A stretch of DNA of 64,000 nucleotides from Dehalococcoidia bacterium. GTDB lineage: Bacteria > Chloroflexota > Dehalococcoidia > Lucifugimonadales > CATQGZ01. Position 1 is the stretch's first letter. Each line of letters begins with the position of its first letter. Below, piece after piece: positions 25,452 through 35,877 of the stretch. A program made the translations under genes and the position numbers. Below the pieces are notes generated by a model, which saw nothing but the letters and a program-made list of their open reading frames with translations, was not told the origin of the DNA and made no database searches. The stretch is from the NCBI GenBank assembly GCA_965223945.1, contig CBDCXW010000001.1, positions 320,207-384,206 of the forward strand. The letters run 5' to 3'.

Positions 25452-26342
25452 TTACTCCGCAACGAAAGCGTACGTGGGCAGCGATTCTGCCCCCGCATCT
25501 TCAACGAGCATATTCAGCAGGGCGTACTCCGCGGCAACTGCCCCTAGCGCGGACTCCGAGACCGATGGCGGCTTCGACGCCATGAAGACCTCGGCCAGAT
25601 GCTTCGCGTTTTCTATCTCCCAGTCCCTGCCATCTTCCAGGCCAACGGAGGAGTCGGTCACCCGCTCGTCAGTCACGTTCCAGCCCGCAGCCTGTGCCAT
25701 CGAGCGGGCCTGATCGCGTGTGACCAACGAGTGCACGTTCCCCATGCTGTGCTCCGGCCAATATGAGCGAATGTGGGCTTGGGAAAGAATCGCAACGAGG
25801 TGAGGGACCTGGCTGACGCTCTGCGGCGCCGGGTGCCACTCCGCGTAGCCAAGTCGCTTGGACCACGGCCTTACGCGGGCAAACAGGTCCTCTAGCTCCT
25901 TAAGGGAGGCCATGTACCAGGAGCTGTGGGCGAACACCGCAAGGTCAAAGTACTCGTCGGGGAAGTCCCACTTGGGATCGAGCAGGTTGGCGCGGGTGTG
26001 AAACTCGATCCGATTTCCGAAGTCGGAGGACTTCACGAACCCGTGTGCGTCGCCCTGGGACACGGGCGCACCATAGGTGTCTGGCTCGATGTCCGCCGCA
26101 ACGACTTTGCCGCCTTCGCCTACCGCATAGGCGAGGACCGCGGTGCAGTCCCCTTGTCCGCAGCCGACCTCCAGCACGCGATTACCAGGAGCGGGCGCCC
26201 AGAACTCCACGAGCGCCATGCGGTGTCTCAACTGGGCCACGGTCGTGTAGTTGACACTGCTCGCTATTTCACTAAGTTGCCGGGCGACGTCCGTCCAGTA
26301 GCTGGCTTGCGACTGTTGTCCCCGGTTCGACTCTCTCATCAA
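25452..26342 (-). CDS. Class I SAM-dependent methyltransferase
   Basis: SAM-binding motif I VLEVGCGQGDCT, then VVAADIEPD. The stop lies 5 nt before the phosphotransferase start. Confidence 0.75.
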   Translation of the reverse strand: MMRESNRGQQSQASYWTDVARQLSEIASSVNYTTVAQLRHRMALVEFWAPAPGNRVLEVGCGQGDCTAVLAYAVGEGGKVVAADIEPDTYGAPVSQGDAHGFVKSSDFGNRIEFHTRANLLDPKWDFPDEYFDLAVFAHSSWYMASLKELEDLFARVRPWSKRLGYAEWHPAPQSVSQVPHLVAILSQAHIRSYWPEHSMGNVHSLVTRDQARSMAQAAGWNVTDERVTDSSVGLEDGRDWEIENAKHLAEVFMASKPPSVSESALGAVAAEYALLNMLVEDAGAESLPTYAFVAE

Positions 26343-26521
26343 CTCCTCTCCCCTTGAATTGCAGTGCCAGACCGATCAGATCCCCCATCAGGGCACCACC
26401 CTCTACGTGCGACCATTCGTGCGGACGCCAGGTTCCTGTCCGCGTCCACGGACAGCTTCCCGGCCTCTTGCTCGGTGCACGGCCCATCCTCCATCGACGC
26501 GTCGAATCACCCAGGGCGCAT

Positions 26522-27703
26522 CTACTCAGGAAGCGTCACCCGGATCGCTCGGTAGGAGTGGTAGCGACTTGCAGGCACGATGCCACTCTCCCACTCGGTT
26601 CTCACTGCGCACCCTGGCTCCTCGAGATGGGCGCAGTCGCTGAAGCGGCATCCGGGGGCGAGGGATGCGATCTCAGGGTAGAAGGCAGCGAGCTGGGCCC
26701 GTCGAAGTCCAGCCAGGCCGAACTCACGCACACCGGGCGTGTCCACCACGAACCCGCCGCCATCGAGGCCCAGCATTGTGGCTTGCGTCGTCGTATGCCG
26801 ACCCTCTCCAGAGTCGGCTACCTCGGCGACACGCAGGTCCAGCCCAGGCTGAACAGCTGATATCAGGGACGACTTGCCGGTCCCGGACATACCCGCCAAC
26901 GCGGTCGTGCTGCCCTGCAGGGTCTCTCGCAGGGCATCGATGCCCTCCCCGGTAGCGGCGCTGGTCTTGACGACGGCGTGTCCGAGCATCTCGTAGGGTC
27001 GGAGGGCCTCTTGGAGTTCTCTCGCCTCTTCTACGAGGTCGATCTTGTTGACGCACACCACAGCCATCAGGCCACTGCGCTGTGCGGCTATCACGCACCG
27101 GTCAACCAGCTCCGGCCAGAAAGGGGGCTCGCGCCAGGAGGAGACAATGAGCAGCTGATCGACGTTCACGGCTATCACCTGCCGGCGATGTCCGTAGAAG
27201 ACATCCGGGCGCGCCAGGATGCTCGATCGTGGCAGCACCTGTTCGATGATGCCTCCTCCAGAACCGTCGTCACTCAGGATGACCTGATCGCCAACGGCCA
27301 CCACGTTGGTGAAGGAGGTCTCCGCAGCCGTCAGCTTGCTCCTAAGCCGACACTGGAGCCTGACTCCGTCGATCTCCACGACGCAGAGCCCGCTGCTCAC
27401 CGAGACCACCTTGCCAGCACCATCAACTGTGGTCTGTCCAGGTCTGTCCGTACTTGGCTGAGTGGCGGCAGTCCTGAAGGCGGCCTGCTTCAGGGCCCGC
27501 CGACGGTCCCGCTCGTCAATGGGCATGATCCGCTCGCGAAGCTGGTGATCGTGTTGCTCCCAGTCCCCGTGCTGCTCCAGGGTCCAGTTCTTGCTTCGAG
27601 GCGGCTTGGGCTTCAGGTTGCGCCTCAGCCTTGACGGGTCCTGTTTTCCGGGAGATGTCACGTAGTCAACCTGTTGTACTCGTCCAGTCGATCCCGAACA
27701 CAT
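26522..27703 (-). CDS. rsgA: Ribosome small-subunit-dependent GTPase A, with a basic N-terminal extension
   Basis: Circularly permuted GTPase order: VNKIDLV (G4) precedes GMSGTGKSSLIS (G1). C-terminal zinc knuckle CRFSDCAHLEEPGCAV. The true start is uncertain. Confidence 0.85.
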   Translation of the reverse strand: MCSGSTGRVQQVDYVTSPGKQDPSRLRRNLKPKPPRSKNWTLEQHGDWEQHDHQLRERIMPIDERDRRRALKQAAFRTAATQPSTDRPGQTTVDGAGKVVSVSSGLCVVEIDGVRLQCRLRSKLTAAETSFTNVVAVGDQVILSDDGSGGGIIEQVLPRSSILARPDVFYGHRRQVIAVNVDQLLIVSSWREPPFWPELVDRCVIAAQRSGLMAVVCVNKIDLVEEARELQEALRPYEMLGHAVVKTSAATGEGIDALRETLQGSTTALAGMSGTGKSSLISAVQPGLDLRVAEVADSGEGRHTTTQATMLGLDGGGFVVDTPGVREFGLAGLRRAQLAAFYPEIASLAPGCRFSDCAHLEEPGCAVRTEWESGIVPASRYHSYRAIRVTLPE

Positions 27704-27727
27704 CGCCTCCTCAATCGCGAAAACCTG

Positions 27728-29251
27728 CTACCTTGTGGGCCTGTATTGGAGCGCCTCTGCCACGTGGGACACGCCTATCGTCTCGGACCCGGCGAGATCG
27801 GCGATCGTGCGCGACAGCTTCAACACCCTATGGTAGCCACGCGCCGACAGGTGCATTTGCTTCATCGCGGCCTGCATCAGGCCCGTGGCCGGCTCCTCCA
27901 CCTGGCAGAACTGCCACACCTCCACCGGGCCCATCTCCGCGTTGGCGATCAGGCCCGACTCCGCGAACCGCTCGCCCTGAATCCCACGCGCCCGCTCGAT
28001 GCGGGACCGGACCTGAGCCGAGCTCTCGGCCCCCGGAGGGGTCGCCAGCTTCTCGTACTCGACTCGCGGCACGTCCACGAACACGTCGATGCGGTCCAGA
28101 AGAGGCCCGCTGATGCGCTTCCCGTACCGGGAGATCGCGCTCGGAGTGCACGTGCACTCCTTCACCGGGTCCGTCGCGAACCCGCACGGACACGGATTCA
28201 TGGCGGCGACAAGCATGAAGTTGGCCGGAAAGGTCAGGGAGCCCTGGGCCCTCGATATAGTGACCGTCTTGTCCTCGATCGGCTGCCGCAACACCTCAAG
28301 CACCGTGTGGCCGAATTCCGGCAGCTCGTCGAGGAACAGCACGCCCCGGTGACTCAGCGTAATCTCGCCGGGGCGAGGCATCCTGCCGCCCCCGACCAGC
28401 CCGGCATTGGAGATGGTGTAGTGCGGTGCTCTGAAGGGCCTCTCCCTTATCAGGGGCGACGAGGCGGGCAGCAGGCCGCTGACGCTGTATATCTTTGTGA
28501 CCTCCAGCGCCTCCCGCTGGGCCATGGTGGGAATGAGAGAGGGCAGCACCCGCGCGAGCAGGGTCTTGCCGCTCCCCGGCGGCCCGGTCATGAGCAGGTT
28601 GTGCGCCCCCGCTGCGGCCACTTCCAGCGCCCGCTTCACGTGCTCCTGGCCACGGATGTCCGCCAGGTCCACACCGCCACTCGCCTTGGAGTCCGGATCG
28701 ACTCTCCGGAGCACTCCGTCCGAGGTTACCGGGGATATGGCCATCTCCCCTCTGAGGTGCCCGGCAACCTGGGCGAGGCTGGTGGCGGGCAGCACCTCGA
28801 CGCCATCTACGAGGGCCGCCTCCTCAGCGTCTGGAGTCGGCACGAAGACCGACTTGAACCCCTCGTCGCGGGCAACGGCCACCATCGGCAGGATGCCGTT
28901 GGTGTGGCGGACGGCGCCGTCCAGCGACAGCTCGCCCAGGAAGACGGCCGACGCCGGGGACTCCGGTATCTGGCCCGTGCTGAGGAGCACCGCGACCGCG
29001 ATCGGCAGATCGTAGGCCGGGCCCGCCTTGCGCAGGTCGGCGGGGGCAAGGCTCACGGTGACCCGACGCATCGGAAACTCGTGGCCCGAGTTGCGAATGG
29101 CTGCCCTCACCCTCTCTCGCGACTCCTGGACAGCGGTGTCCGGAAGCCCAACGATGGTGAACGACGGTAGCCCCGGCGAGATGTCGACCTCGACCTCGAC
29201 GACGAATCCGTCGAGGCCGATCACGGCGCATGTCCTGGACTTCGCGAGCAT
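27728..29251 (-). CDS. comM: YifB/ComM-family Mg-chelatase-like AAA+ ATPase
   Basis: Begins MLAKSRTCAVIGLDGFVVEVEVD. Walker A is GPPGSGKT and Walker B is VLFLDELPEF. The C-terminus reads SARGYHRVLKLSRTIADL. The start at 29251 has GGGAGG 9 nt upstream. Confidence 0.9.
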   Translation of the reverse strand: MLAKSRTCAVIGLDGFVVEVEVDISPGLPSFTIVGLPDTAVQESRERVRAAIRNSGHEFPMRRVTVSLAPADLRKAGPAYDLPIAVAVLLSTGQIPESPASAVFLGELSLDGAVRHTNGILPMVAVARDEGFKSVFVPTPDAEEAALVDGVEVLPATSLAQVAGHLRGEMAISPVTSDGVLRRVDPDSKASGGVDLADIRGQEHVKRALEVAAAGAHNLLMTGPPGSGKTLLARVLPSLIPTMAQREALEVTKIYSVSGLLPASSPLIRERPFRAPHYTISNAGLVGGGRMPRPGEITLSHRGVLFLDELPEFGHTVLEVLRQPIEDKTVTISRAQGSLTFPANFMLVAAMNPCPCGFATDPVKECTCTPSAISRYGKRISGPLLDRIDVFVDVPRVEYEKLATPPGAESSAQVRSRIERARGIQGERFAESGLIANAEMGPVEVWQFCQVEEPATGLMQAAMKQMHLSARGYHRVLKLSRTIADLAGSETIGVSHVAEALQYRPTR

Positions 29252-29395
29252 TAAGTACGGCCTCCCTGCCCGGAACGGGCAACGCCTAATACTAAGAGGC
29301 CCCTCGATACGCGTCAAACTGAATCCCGGTCAACACGGCTCCGGCTTGAACGGCGCTCGTCGTTGCGCGACAATGCCCTCGCAAGGCTCTTGGAT

Positions 29396-31030
29396 ATGAA
29401 GGAGGCGCGGTTGCGCGGCGCTGATCTGCTCGTAAGGACCCTGTCGGCACTCGGCGTCGGACGTATCTTCACGCTGTCCGGCAACCAGATCATGCCTGTA
29501 TTCGACGCGGCCCTGGACGCCGGGACCGACCTGGTCCACTTCCGGCACGAGGCGGCCGCGGTGCACGCCGCCGACGCGTGGGGCAGGTTGACCGGGGAGC
29601 CCGGAGTGGCCCTCGTCACCGCCGGCCCGGGATTCGCCAACACGCTCACGGCGCTGTACGTGGCTATGGCCGCAGAGTCACCGGTCGTCCTGCTCAGCGG
29701 GCACACCCCGCTCTCCGACCTCGGACGCGGCGGCTTCCAGGAGATGCCACAGGCCGACATGGCCGGACACGTCGCCAAGGCATCCTGGACCGCCGGTAGT
29801 CCCGAGCGGATCGGGCAGGACGTCGCCCGCGCCTTCAGTATCGCCCGCTCCGGGAGGCCGGGGCCGGTCCACATCGCACTGCCTTTCGACGTACTGGAGG
29901 CGTCGCTTCCTGACAATGAGGAGCCGCCCGTCGGCGAGGCTGAGGCGATCGACACCGGACCGCCCACGGAGTACGACATCAACGGGATACTCGACGCGCT
30001 TCGGTCAGCCAGGAGGCCAATAGTGCTGCCCGGACAGGCGATCAGCCGGACCGGCGGCGGCACGCTTCGCGAGCTCTCGGAAAGAAGCGGCCTGCCTGTC
30101 GTCGGAATGGAGAGCCCCAGGGGCATCAAGGACCCAAGTCTCGGCGCCTTCGCCGAGACGCTGGCCGAGGCCGATCTGCTCGTGCTGCTGGGCAAGAGGC
30201 TCGATTACGGCCTCAAGTTCGGAGAAAGCCCGGCCCTAGACCCCGACTGCAGGATCGTCCACGTCGATCACGAACCGGCCGCTCTGGAGCAGACCCGCCA
30301 AGCCCTCGAAGGCTCCGACAGGCTGGCGGCCGCCGTTCATGCCGATCCGGTCTCGACGGCTGCGGCGCTGGCGTCTGCCGCGACAGCGAGCGGCGACGGC
30401 GCCTGGCTGGAGGAGGTACAGTCGGCCCTCTCCTACGTGCCCCCGGACTGGGCGGCCCTCGAGTCGCCGGGCGACGGCCCGCTGCATCCGGCGGCGGTCT
30501 GCCGGGCCGTCCAGGACCTTCTCGCCGGTGGAGACCCTGTCTTCGTTCTGGACGGAGGTGAGTTCGGACAGTGGACCCAGGCCTGCATGTCGTCGCCGAG
30601 GCTCATCATTAACGGGCCGGGCGGCTCCATAGGCACCGGGATTCCGGGGGCGATTGCGGCGCGGCTGCCCTTCCCCGACTCGACCGTCGTGACGATGCTC
30701 GGCGACGGCACCTTCGGGTTCCACGGGATGGAGCTCGACACCGCTGTAAGACACGACATACCGTTCGTCGCCATCGTCGGCAACGACGCCAAATGGAACG
30801 CAGAGTACCAAATCCAGATGCGTGAGTACGGGCCCGCAAGGGCGCGCGGCTGCGAACTCCTGCCGTCGCGCTACGACCTGCTGGCCGAGTCGCTCGGCGC
30901 TCATGGTGAGCACGTCTCCACCGGCAGCGAGCTAGTACCGGCGCTTCGGCGGGCACTGGAATCGGGCCGCCCCGCCTGCGTCAACGTCCTGATCCAGCCC
31001 GCTCCGGCTCCCGTCGTAAGGCGCGGGTAG
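29396..31030 (+). CDS. Thiamine-diphosphate-dependent enzyme, acetolactate synthase large subunit-like family
   Basis: N-terminus [34 protein letters not shown]-binding motif [29 protein letters not shown]. Substrate specificity is not assignable. Confidence 0.8.
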   Translation: MKEARLRGADLLVRTLSALGVGRIFTLSGNQIMPVFDAALDAGTDLVHFRHEAAAVHAADAWGRLTGEPGVALVTAGPGFANTLTALYVAMAAESPVVLLSGHTPLSDLGRGGFQEMPQADMAGHVAKASWTAGSPERIGQDVARAFSIARSGRPGPVHIALPFDVLEASLPDNEEPPVGEAEAIDTGPPTEYDINGILDALRSARRPIVLPGQAISRTGGGTLRELSERSGLPVVGMESPRGIKDPSLGAFAETLAEADLLVLLGKRLDYGLKFGESPALDPDCRIVHVDHEPAALEQTRQALEGSDRLAAAVHADPVSTAAALASAATASGDGAWLEEVQSALSYVPPDWAALESPGDGPLHPAAVCRAVQDLLAGGDPVFVLDGGEFGQWTQACMSSPRLIINGPGGSIGTGIPGAIAARLPFPDSTVVTMLGDGTFGFHGMELDTAVRHDIPFVAIVGNDAKWNAEYQIQMREYGPARARGCELLPSRYDLLAESLGAHGEHVSTGSELVPALRRALESGRPACVNVLIQPAPAPVVRRG

Positions 31031-31036
31031 AAACCA

Positions 31037-32029
31037 CTACGCCCCCGCCGCCTCCGTCATTCCGGCGGATGCTGGAATCCATCCCCATCCGCGCCGGAGA
31101 GGCACACTTCTACAGCCTCTCGATGAAGTCCAGCTCCTCTTCCAGGTCCTCGACAGAGTAGAAATCAGGTCCTCGACAGAGTAGAAATGCTCTATGACGA
31201 TGGTCGCGTCGAGCGACTTGATGGCGCGGTGCATGTCCAGCGGCAGCGTCCCTCTGCCCAGCACGGCGTGTGAGTCGTTGCGGCCACGCGTGTCGTAGAG
31301 GTAGTTGTCGTTCCAGTGCACGTGCCTGATCAGCTCCGGCCTGGAAACAAAGGCCATGACGACCTCTCTGCGCCGCTCGTGGTCCGCGAAGGTGTGAGCG
31401 TAGGTGCAGGTGTGGCTGGAGTCCAGGCAGAGCCCCACGTTCGGCCGATCTACGTCCAGGCCGATCTGGATCCACTCCTCCGGCGACGCGCCGAAGGTCA
31501 GGTTCCGTTCCGACCAGTCGATATCGTCCGCCGCGACTTCGTCGGGGACGCCGTCGAAGTAGGCGTTGGTGTTCTCGATTACCAGCTCCAGGCCTCTCGC
31601 CTCGGCGTAGTCGGCGACGCGCCGGATTCCGTCGATCTGCAGACCGTACTCACCGTAGCGGCCTCTCGTCTGCCCCGGGTCGAGCCGCTGTTTCGCGCCG
31701 GGGTGCATATTCACCTTCTTGACGCGCGGGAACCGCCGGACCGTCTCAATGAACTGGAGCGTCTCCGCGATGGACTCTTCACGGAACTCGGCGTCCGTCG
31801 CACCGACGTTCAGCCTGAGGTCGTCCTTCTGCGTGGGCGCGTGGGCGCTGGACATGAGATCGGACAGCGCCCGCATGTCCTCTATGCTCTGGCCGATCTT
31901 CGACTCGGTCGTCAGGCCGAGGCGCGTGATGGTCTCGCGCCCCGTCTCCATCGGAACGCCGAGCGGGTACCTGGTGCCTATCATATCGCCTCCGGCATCA
32001 ATTGTAGGGTCGCGGCGACGAGGGGTCAA
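31037..32029 (-). CDS. Xylose-isomerase-like TIM-barrel protein (sugar phosphate isomerase/epimerase family). The C-terminus is altered by a 23-bp tandem duplication.
   Basis: Motifs KKVNMHPG, VIENTN, LCLDSSHT and IRHVHWNDN. After ...IEHFYSVEDL the frame changes. Without the duplication the protein would end ...HFYSVEDLEEELDFIERL* at 31111, as seen in ORF 31110..31475. Confidence 0.65.
   Translation of the reverse strand: MTPRRRDPTIDAGGDMIGTRYPLGVPMETGRETITRLGLTTESKIGQSIEDMRALSDLMSSAHAPTQKDDLRLNVGATDAEFREESIAETLQFIETVRRFPRVKKVNMHPGAKQRLDPGQTRGRYGEYGLQIDGIRRVADYAEARGLELVIENTNAYFDGVPDEVAADDIDWSERNLTFGASPEEWIQIGLDVDRPNVGLCLDSSHTCTYAHTFADHERRREVVMAFVSRPELIRHVHWNDNYLYDTRGRNDSHAVLGRGTLPLDMHRAIKSLDATIVIEHFYSVEDLISTLSRTWKRSWTSSRGCRSVPLRRGWGWIPASAGMTEAAGA
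31059..31078. repeat. ATTCCGGC-GGAT-GCTGGAAT hairpin (interspersed family, copy 3, one mismatch)
   Basis: Read directly. It lies between two convergent genes and is read through by the frameshifted tail of 31037..32029. Confidence 0.7.
31143..31188. repeat. Perfect 23-bp tandem duplication CAGGTCCTCGACAGAGTAGAAAT x2
   Basis: Copies at 31143-31165 and 31166-31188 are identical base for base. Confidence 0.95.
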
Positions 32030-32104
32030 CAGCGGCGTTCGATGTTTGACAGCCTCCGGGCGGCCTCATATCATCCGGCCGTAGAAGCCCCGGAGGAGCA
32101 GAGC

Positions 32105-33163
<1,059 letters not shown>

Positions 33164-33172
33164 GAGGAGCAC

Positions 33173-34252
33173 ATGAAAGCCGCGGTGCTGCATGAGCCCG
33201 GGCCTCTGCTGCCCGTAGAAGAGGTCGACCTGGAGGCGCCAAAGCACGGCGAGGTTCTCGTAGACATGGTCGGCGCGGGCGTCTGCCACTCCGACTACCA
33301 CATGCTCTCCGGAAAGCTGAACCTGCCCATGCCGCTCGTCATGGGCCACGAAGGTGCGGGCATCGTGAGCGAGACCGGGCCGGGCGTCACCGGCTTCTCG
33401 CCCGGCGACAAGGTCATCTTCTCGATGGACAAGATGTGCGGACAGTGCCGGAACTGCACCCTCGGCAGCCCGACCCTGTGCCTCACCTACGGCCGGATAT
33501 TCACAATGGGCGACGGCACCACCCGCTTCAGCGGAAAGGGCGGGGACTACTACCACATGGTCGGCACCTTCTCCGAGCAGAGCGTCGTGCCGGCCGACCA
33601 GCTTGTCAGGGTGCGAGACGACACCCCGCTGGAGAAGGCATCCATCATCGGGTGCGCCGTCATCACCGGCGTCGGCTCGGTGGTGAACCGAGCCAAGGTC
33701 GAGAAGGGCTCCTCAGTAGCAATCTTCGGATGCGGAGGCGTCGGGCTCAACGTGGTGCAGGGGGCCGTGCTCGCGGGCGCGACTCGCATAATCGCCGTCG
33801 ACCCGGTGCCCTTCAAGCTCGCCAAGTCCGAAGAGCTCGGCGCGACGCACCTCGTCAACGCGGCCCGGGAAGACCCCGTCAAGCGAATCGTGGAGATAAC
33901 TGGAGGAGGGGCCGACTACGCCTTCGAGGTCGTCGGACTTCCCCACCTGGTGCGCCAGGCGTTCGAGTCGGTCCGAACGGGCGGAGTCGCCGTCATGGTC
34001 GGAGTGCAGCCGCCAGGCGCGGAGATCGCGGTGGACGCCAACCAGCTCATGATGCAGAGGTCTCTCATCGGTGCGTACCACGGCGACGCCAGGGCCAGGG
34101 TCGACTTCCCGTGGCTGGTCGACCTCTACATGGACGGGCGGCTCAAGCTGGACGAGCTCATCACCCGGTACAGGCCCCTGGACGAGGTCAACGAGGGCTT
34201 CGCCGACATGAACGCGGGCATCACGGCCCGGACCGTGCTGACCTTCGACTAG
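33173..34252 (+). CDS. Zinc-dependent alcohol dehydrogenase (MDR family)
   Basis: Contains GVCHSDYH, GHEGAGIV, the structural-zinc cysteine cluster CGQCRNCTLGSPTLC and the GCGGVG NAD fold. Confidence 0.9.
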   Translation: MKAAVLHEPGPLLPVEEVDLEAPKHGEVLVDMVGAGVCHSDYHMLSGKLNLPMPLVMGHEGAGIVSETGPGVTGFSPGDKVIFSMDKMCGQCRNCTLGSPTLCLTYGRIFTMGDGTTRFSGKGGDYYHMVGTFSEQSVVPADQLVRVRDDTPLEKASIIGCAVITGVGSVVNRAKVEKGSSVAIFGCGGVGLNVVQGAVLAGATRIIAVDPVPFKLAKSEELGATHLVNAAREDPVKRIVEITGGGADYAFEVVGLPHLVRQAFESVRTGGVAVMVGVQPPGAEIAVDANQLMMQRSLIGAYHGDARARVDFPWLVDLYMDGRLKLDELITRYRPLDEVNEGFADMNAGITARTVLTFD

Positions 34253-34297
34253 CGCAGCCTGATATACTCCCGCTCACCCCAGATAGAGAGGCGGGAT

Positions 34298-35215
34298 TTG
34301 CCTGAGCTCAAGTGGTTCAAGGGTAACATTCACACCCACACCACCGAGTCCGACGGCGATGACACCCCCGAAAACGTCGTCCGCTGGTACCGGCGGCACG
34401 GCTATGACTTCCTCGTCCTCAGCGACCACAACCACCTCACACTGTTCGAGTACGCGGCGGGCAGGCGCAGGTTCAAGAGGCCGCTGATGGTCCCCGGCGA
34501 GGAGGTCACGCTCTCCATCCACGAGGGCCGCACGCCCATACACATCAACGCCATCGGCATCTCGCGCGTCGTCGAGCCCATAGACGCAAGAGAGATCGTC
34601 CCGACCATGCAGGCCAACGTGGACGCGATCATCGGCGCGGGCGGCATCGCGTCCATCAACCACCCCAACTCTCGCTGGTCGTTCGACCACGGTCACATCA
34701 AGGAGGTAACGGGCGCCACTCTGCTGGAGATATACAACGGCCACCCCGCCTCGAACGTTCACGGCGCGCCCGGCAAGGCGAGCTACGAGGAGATATGGGA
34801 CGGCGTACTGAGCGCCGGGCGAACGATATTTGGCGTCGCCACTGACGACTCCCACCACTACAAGGACTTCCACCCCGCCAGGTCCAACCCCGGACGCGGC
34901 TGGATCGTCGTCCGGGCCGAGGCCCTTGAAGTCGAGGCCATCCTGGACGGCCTGTCCCACGGCAGGTTCTACTCGTCCACGGGAGTCGAGCTCGACGACC
35001 TCGATCAGTCCGCCGAGGCAGTCTCCCTGAGCGTCAGGACCGAGAGGGACTTCATCTACACCACCGCCTTCATCGGACGCGGCGGCAAGGTCCTGCACGA
35101 ATCGACCGGCCCCGAGGCCTCATACGAGCCCAGCGGGGAAGAGGGGTACGTCCGCGCCGTCGTCAGAAGCTCCTCGGGCACGAAGGCCTGGACCCAGCCA
35201 GTCCTGATTCCCTGA
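34298..35215 (+). CDS. PHP-domain metal-dependent phosphoesterase
   Basis: N-terminus WFKGNIHTHTTESDGDDTPENVVRWYRRHGYDFLVLSDHN, and later FGVATDDSHH. Confidence 0.75.
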   Translation: MPELKWFKGNIHTHTTESDGDDTPENVVRWYRRHGYDFLVLSDHNHLTLFEYAAGRRRFKRPLMVPGEEVTLSIHEGRTPIHINAIGISRVVEPIDAREIVPTMQANVDAIIGAGGIASINHPNSRWSFDHGHIKEVTGATLLEIYNGHPASNVHGAPGKASYEEIWDGVLSAGRTIFGVATDDSHHYKDFHPARSNPGRGWIVVRAEALEVEAILDGLSHGRFYSSTGVELDDLDQSAEAVSLSVRTERDFIYTTAFIGRGGKVLHESTGPEASYEPSGEEGYVRAVVRSSSGTKAWTQPVLIP

Positions 35216-35355
35216 AGGACCGGGGGCCCGACCCACTCCGAAACCCACAGGGTTAACTTCAGGATTCCCCCAGTGGCAGCGCTGCACGCGTAGTTGTACG
35301 ATAAGCCATAGTCAGCGAAGATGGGCGTGGACGAAGCCTTGCCAGGGGAGAGGGC

Positions 35356-35877
35356 ATGACCGCCGTGGTGTTCCAAGTCGAGACGCCGCCCGGAGCGGCT
35401 GTGCACGGTGCTTCCGTGCTGGCAGCCTATCCAGACGGGAGATTCCTCACGGGCCAAACTGACGGCCAGGGTTCATGCAGGCTTGACCTGTACCGCACCG
35501 ATCAGGAAATGAAGATTCTGGTGGCTTCAGAGAGCCACCTTCCCTTCCATAACACCGTTGTGCCTAGGAGATTGGAAACCATCCAGGTGAAGGTGGAGCC
35601 ATCCACAAAGGGACGGAAGTCGATCCTGTTCACGCAGAACACAGGGTACCTCCCAGGAGTTTCAGGGCGGCTCAACCCCCACGCTGACGGATATGTCTAC
35701 GGTGACAACATCGCTATCAATGGGCGACTTGCGTATCCCGCCGCACATTTCGAGATCGGTGAGCCCCTTCATCTGATCGACGTTTACGGCGTCGAGACCA
35801 CCATCCGGTTCCTGGTGGTAGAGGGCCAGTTCTCCCTTATCGAGTACACCGAGCCCAAGTCCTTCGGAGGGGAATGA
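35356..35877 (+). CDS. Hypothetical protein. The N-terminus resembles a carboxypeptidase-regulatory/prealbumin-like fold; the C-terminal domain is unknown.
   Basis: 173 aa, beginning VVFQVETPPGAAVHGASVLAAYPDGRFLTGQTDGQGSCRLDL. AT-richer than the flanks (my count is 53-55% GC for 35521-35640). The stop overlaps the next start (ATGA at 35874-35877). Confidence 0.55.
   Translation: MTAVVFQVETPPGAAVHGASVLAAYPDGRFLTGQTDGQGSCRLDLYRTDQEMKILVASESHLPFHNTVVPRRLETIQVKVEPSTKGRKSILFTQNTGYLPGVSGRLNPHADGYVYGDNIAINGRLAYPAAHFEIGEPLHLIDVYGVETTIRFLVVEGQFSLIEYTEPKSFGGE

Noticed and set aside
27674-30195. ORFs 27674..29170(+) (498 aa) and 29314..30195(-) (293 aa).
   Set aside because: They are antisense shadows of comM/yifB and of the TPP enzyme respectively. 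They have no motifs and a biased composition.
31316-32104. The N-terminal 263 aa of the 615-aa ORF 31316..33163.
   Set aside because: This part is antisense to the TIM-barrel gene and is junk-like. The E1-beta homology starts at the ATG at 32105, which has a strong GGAGGAG Shine-Dalgarno.
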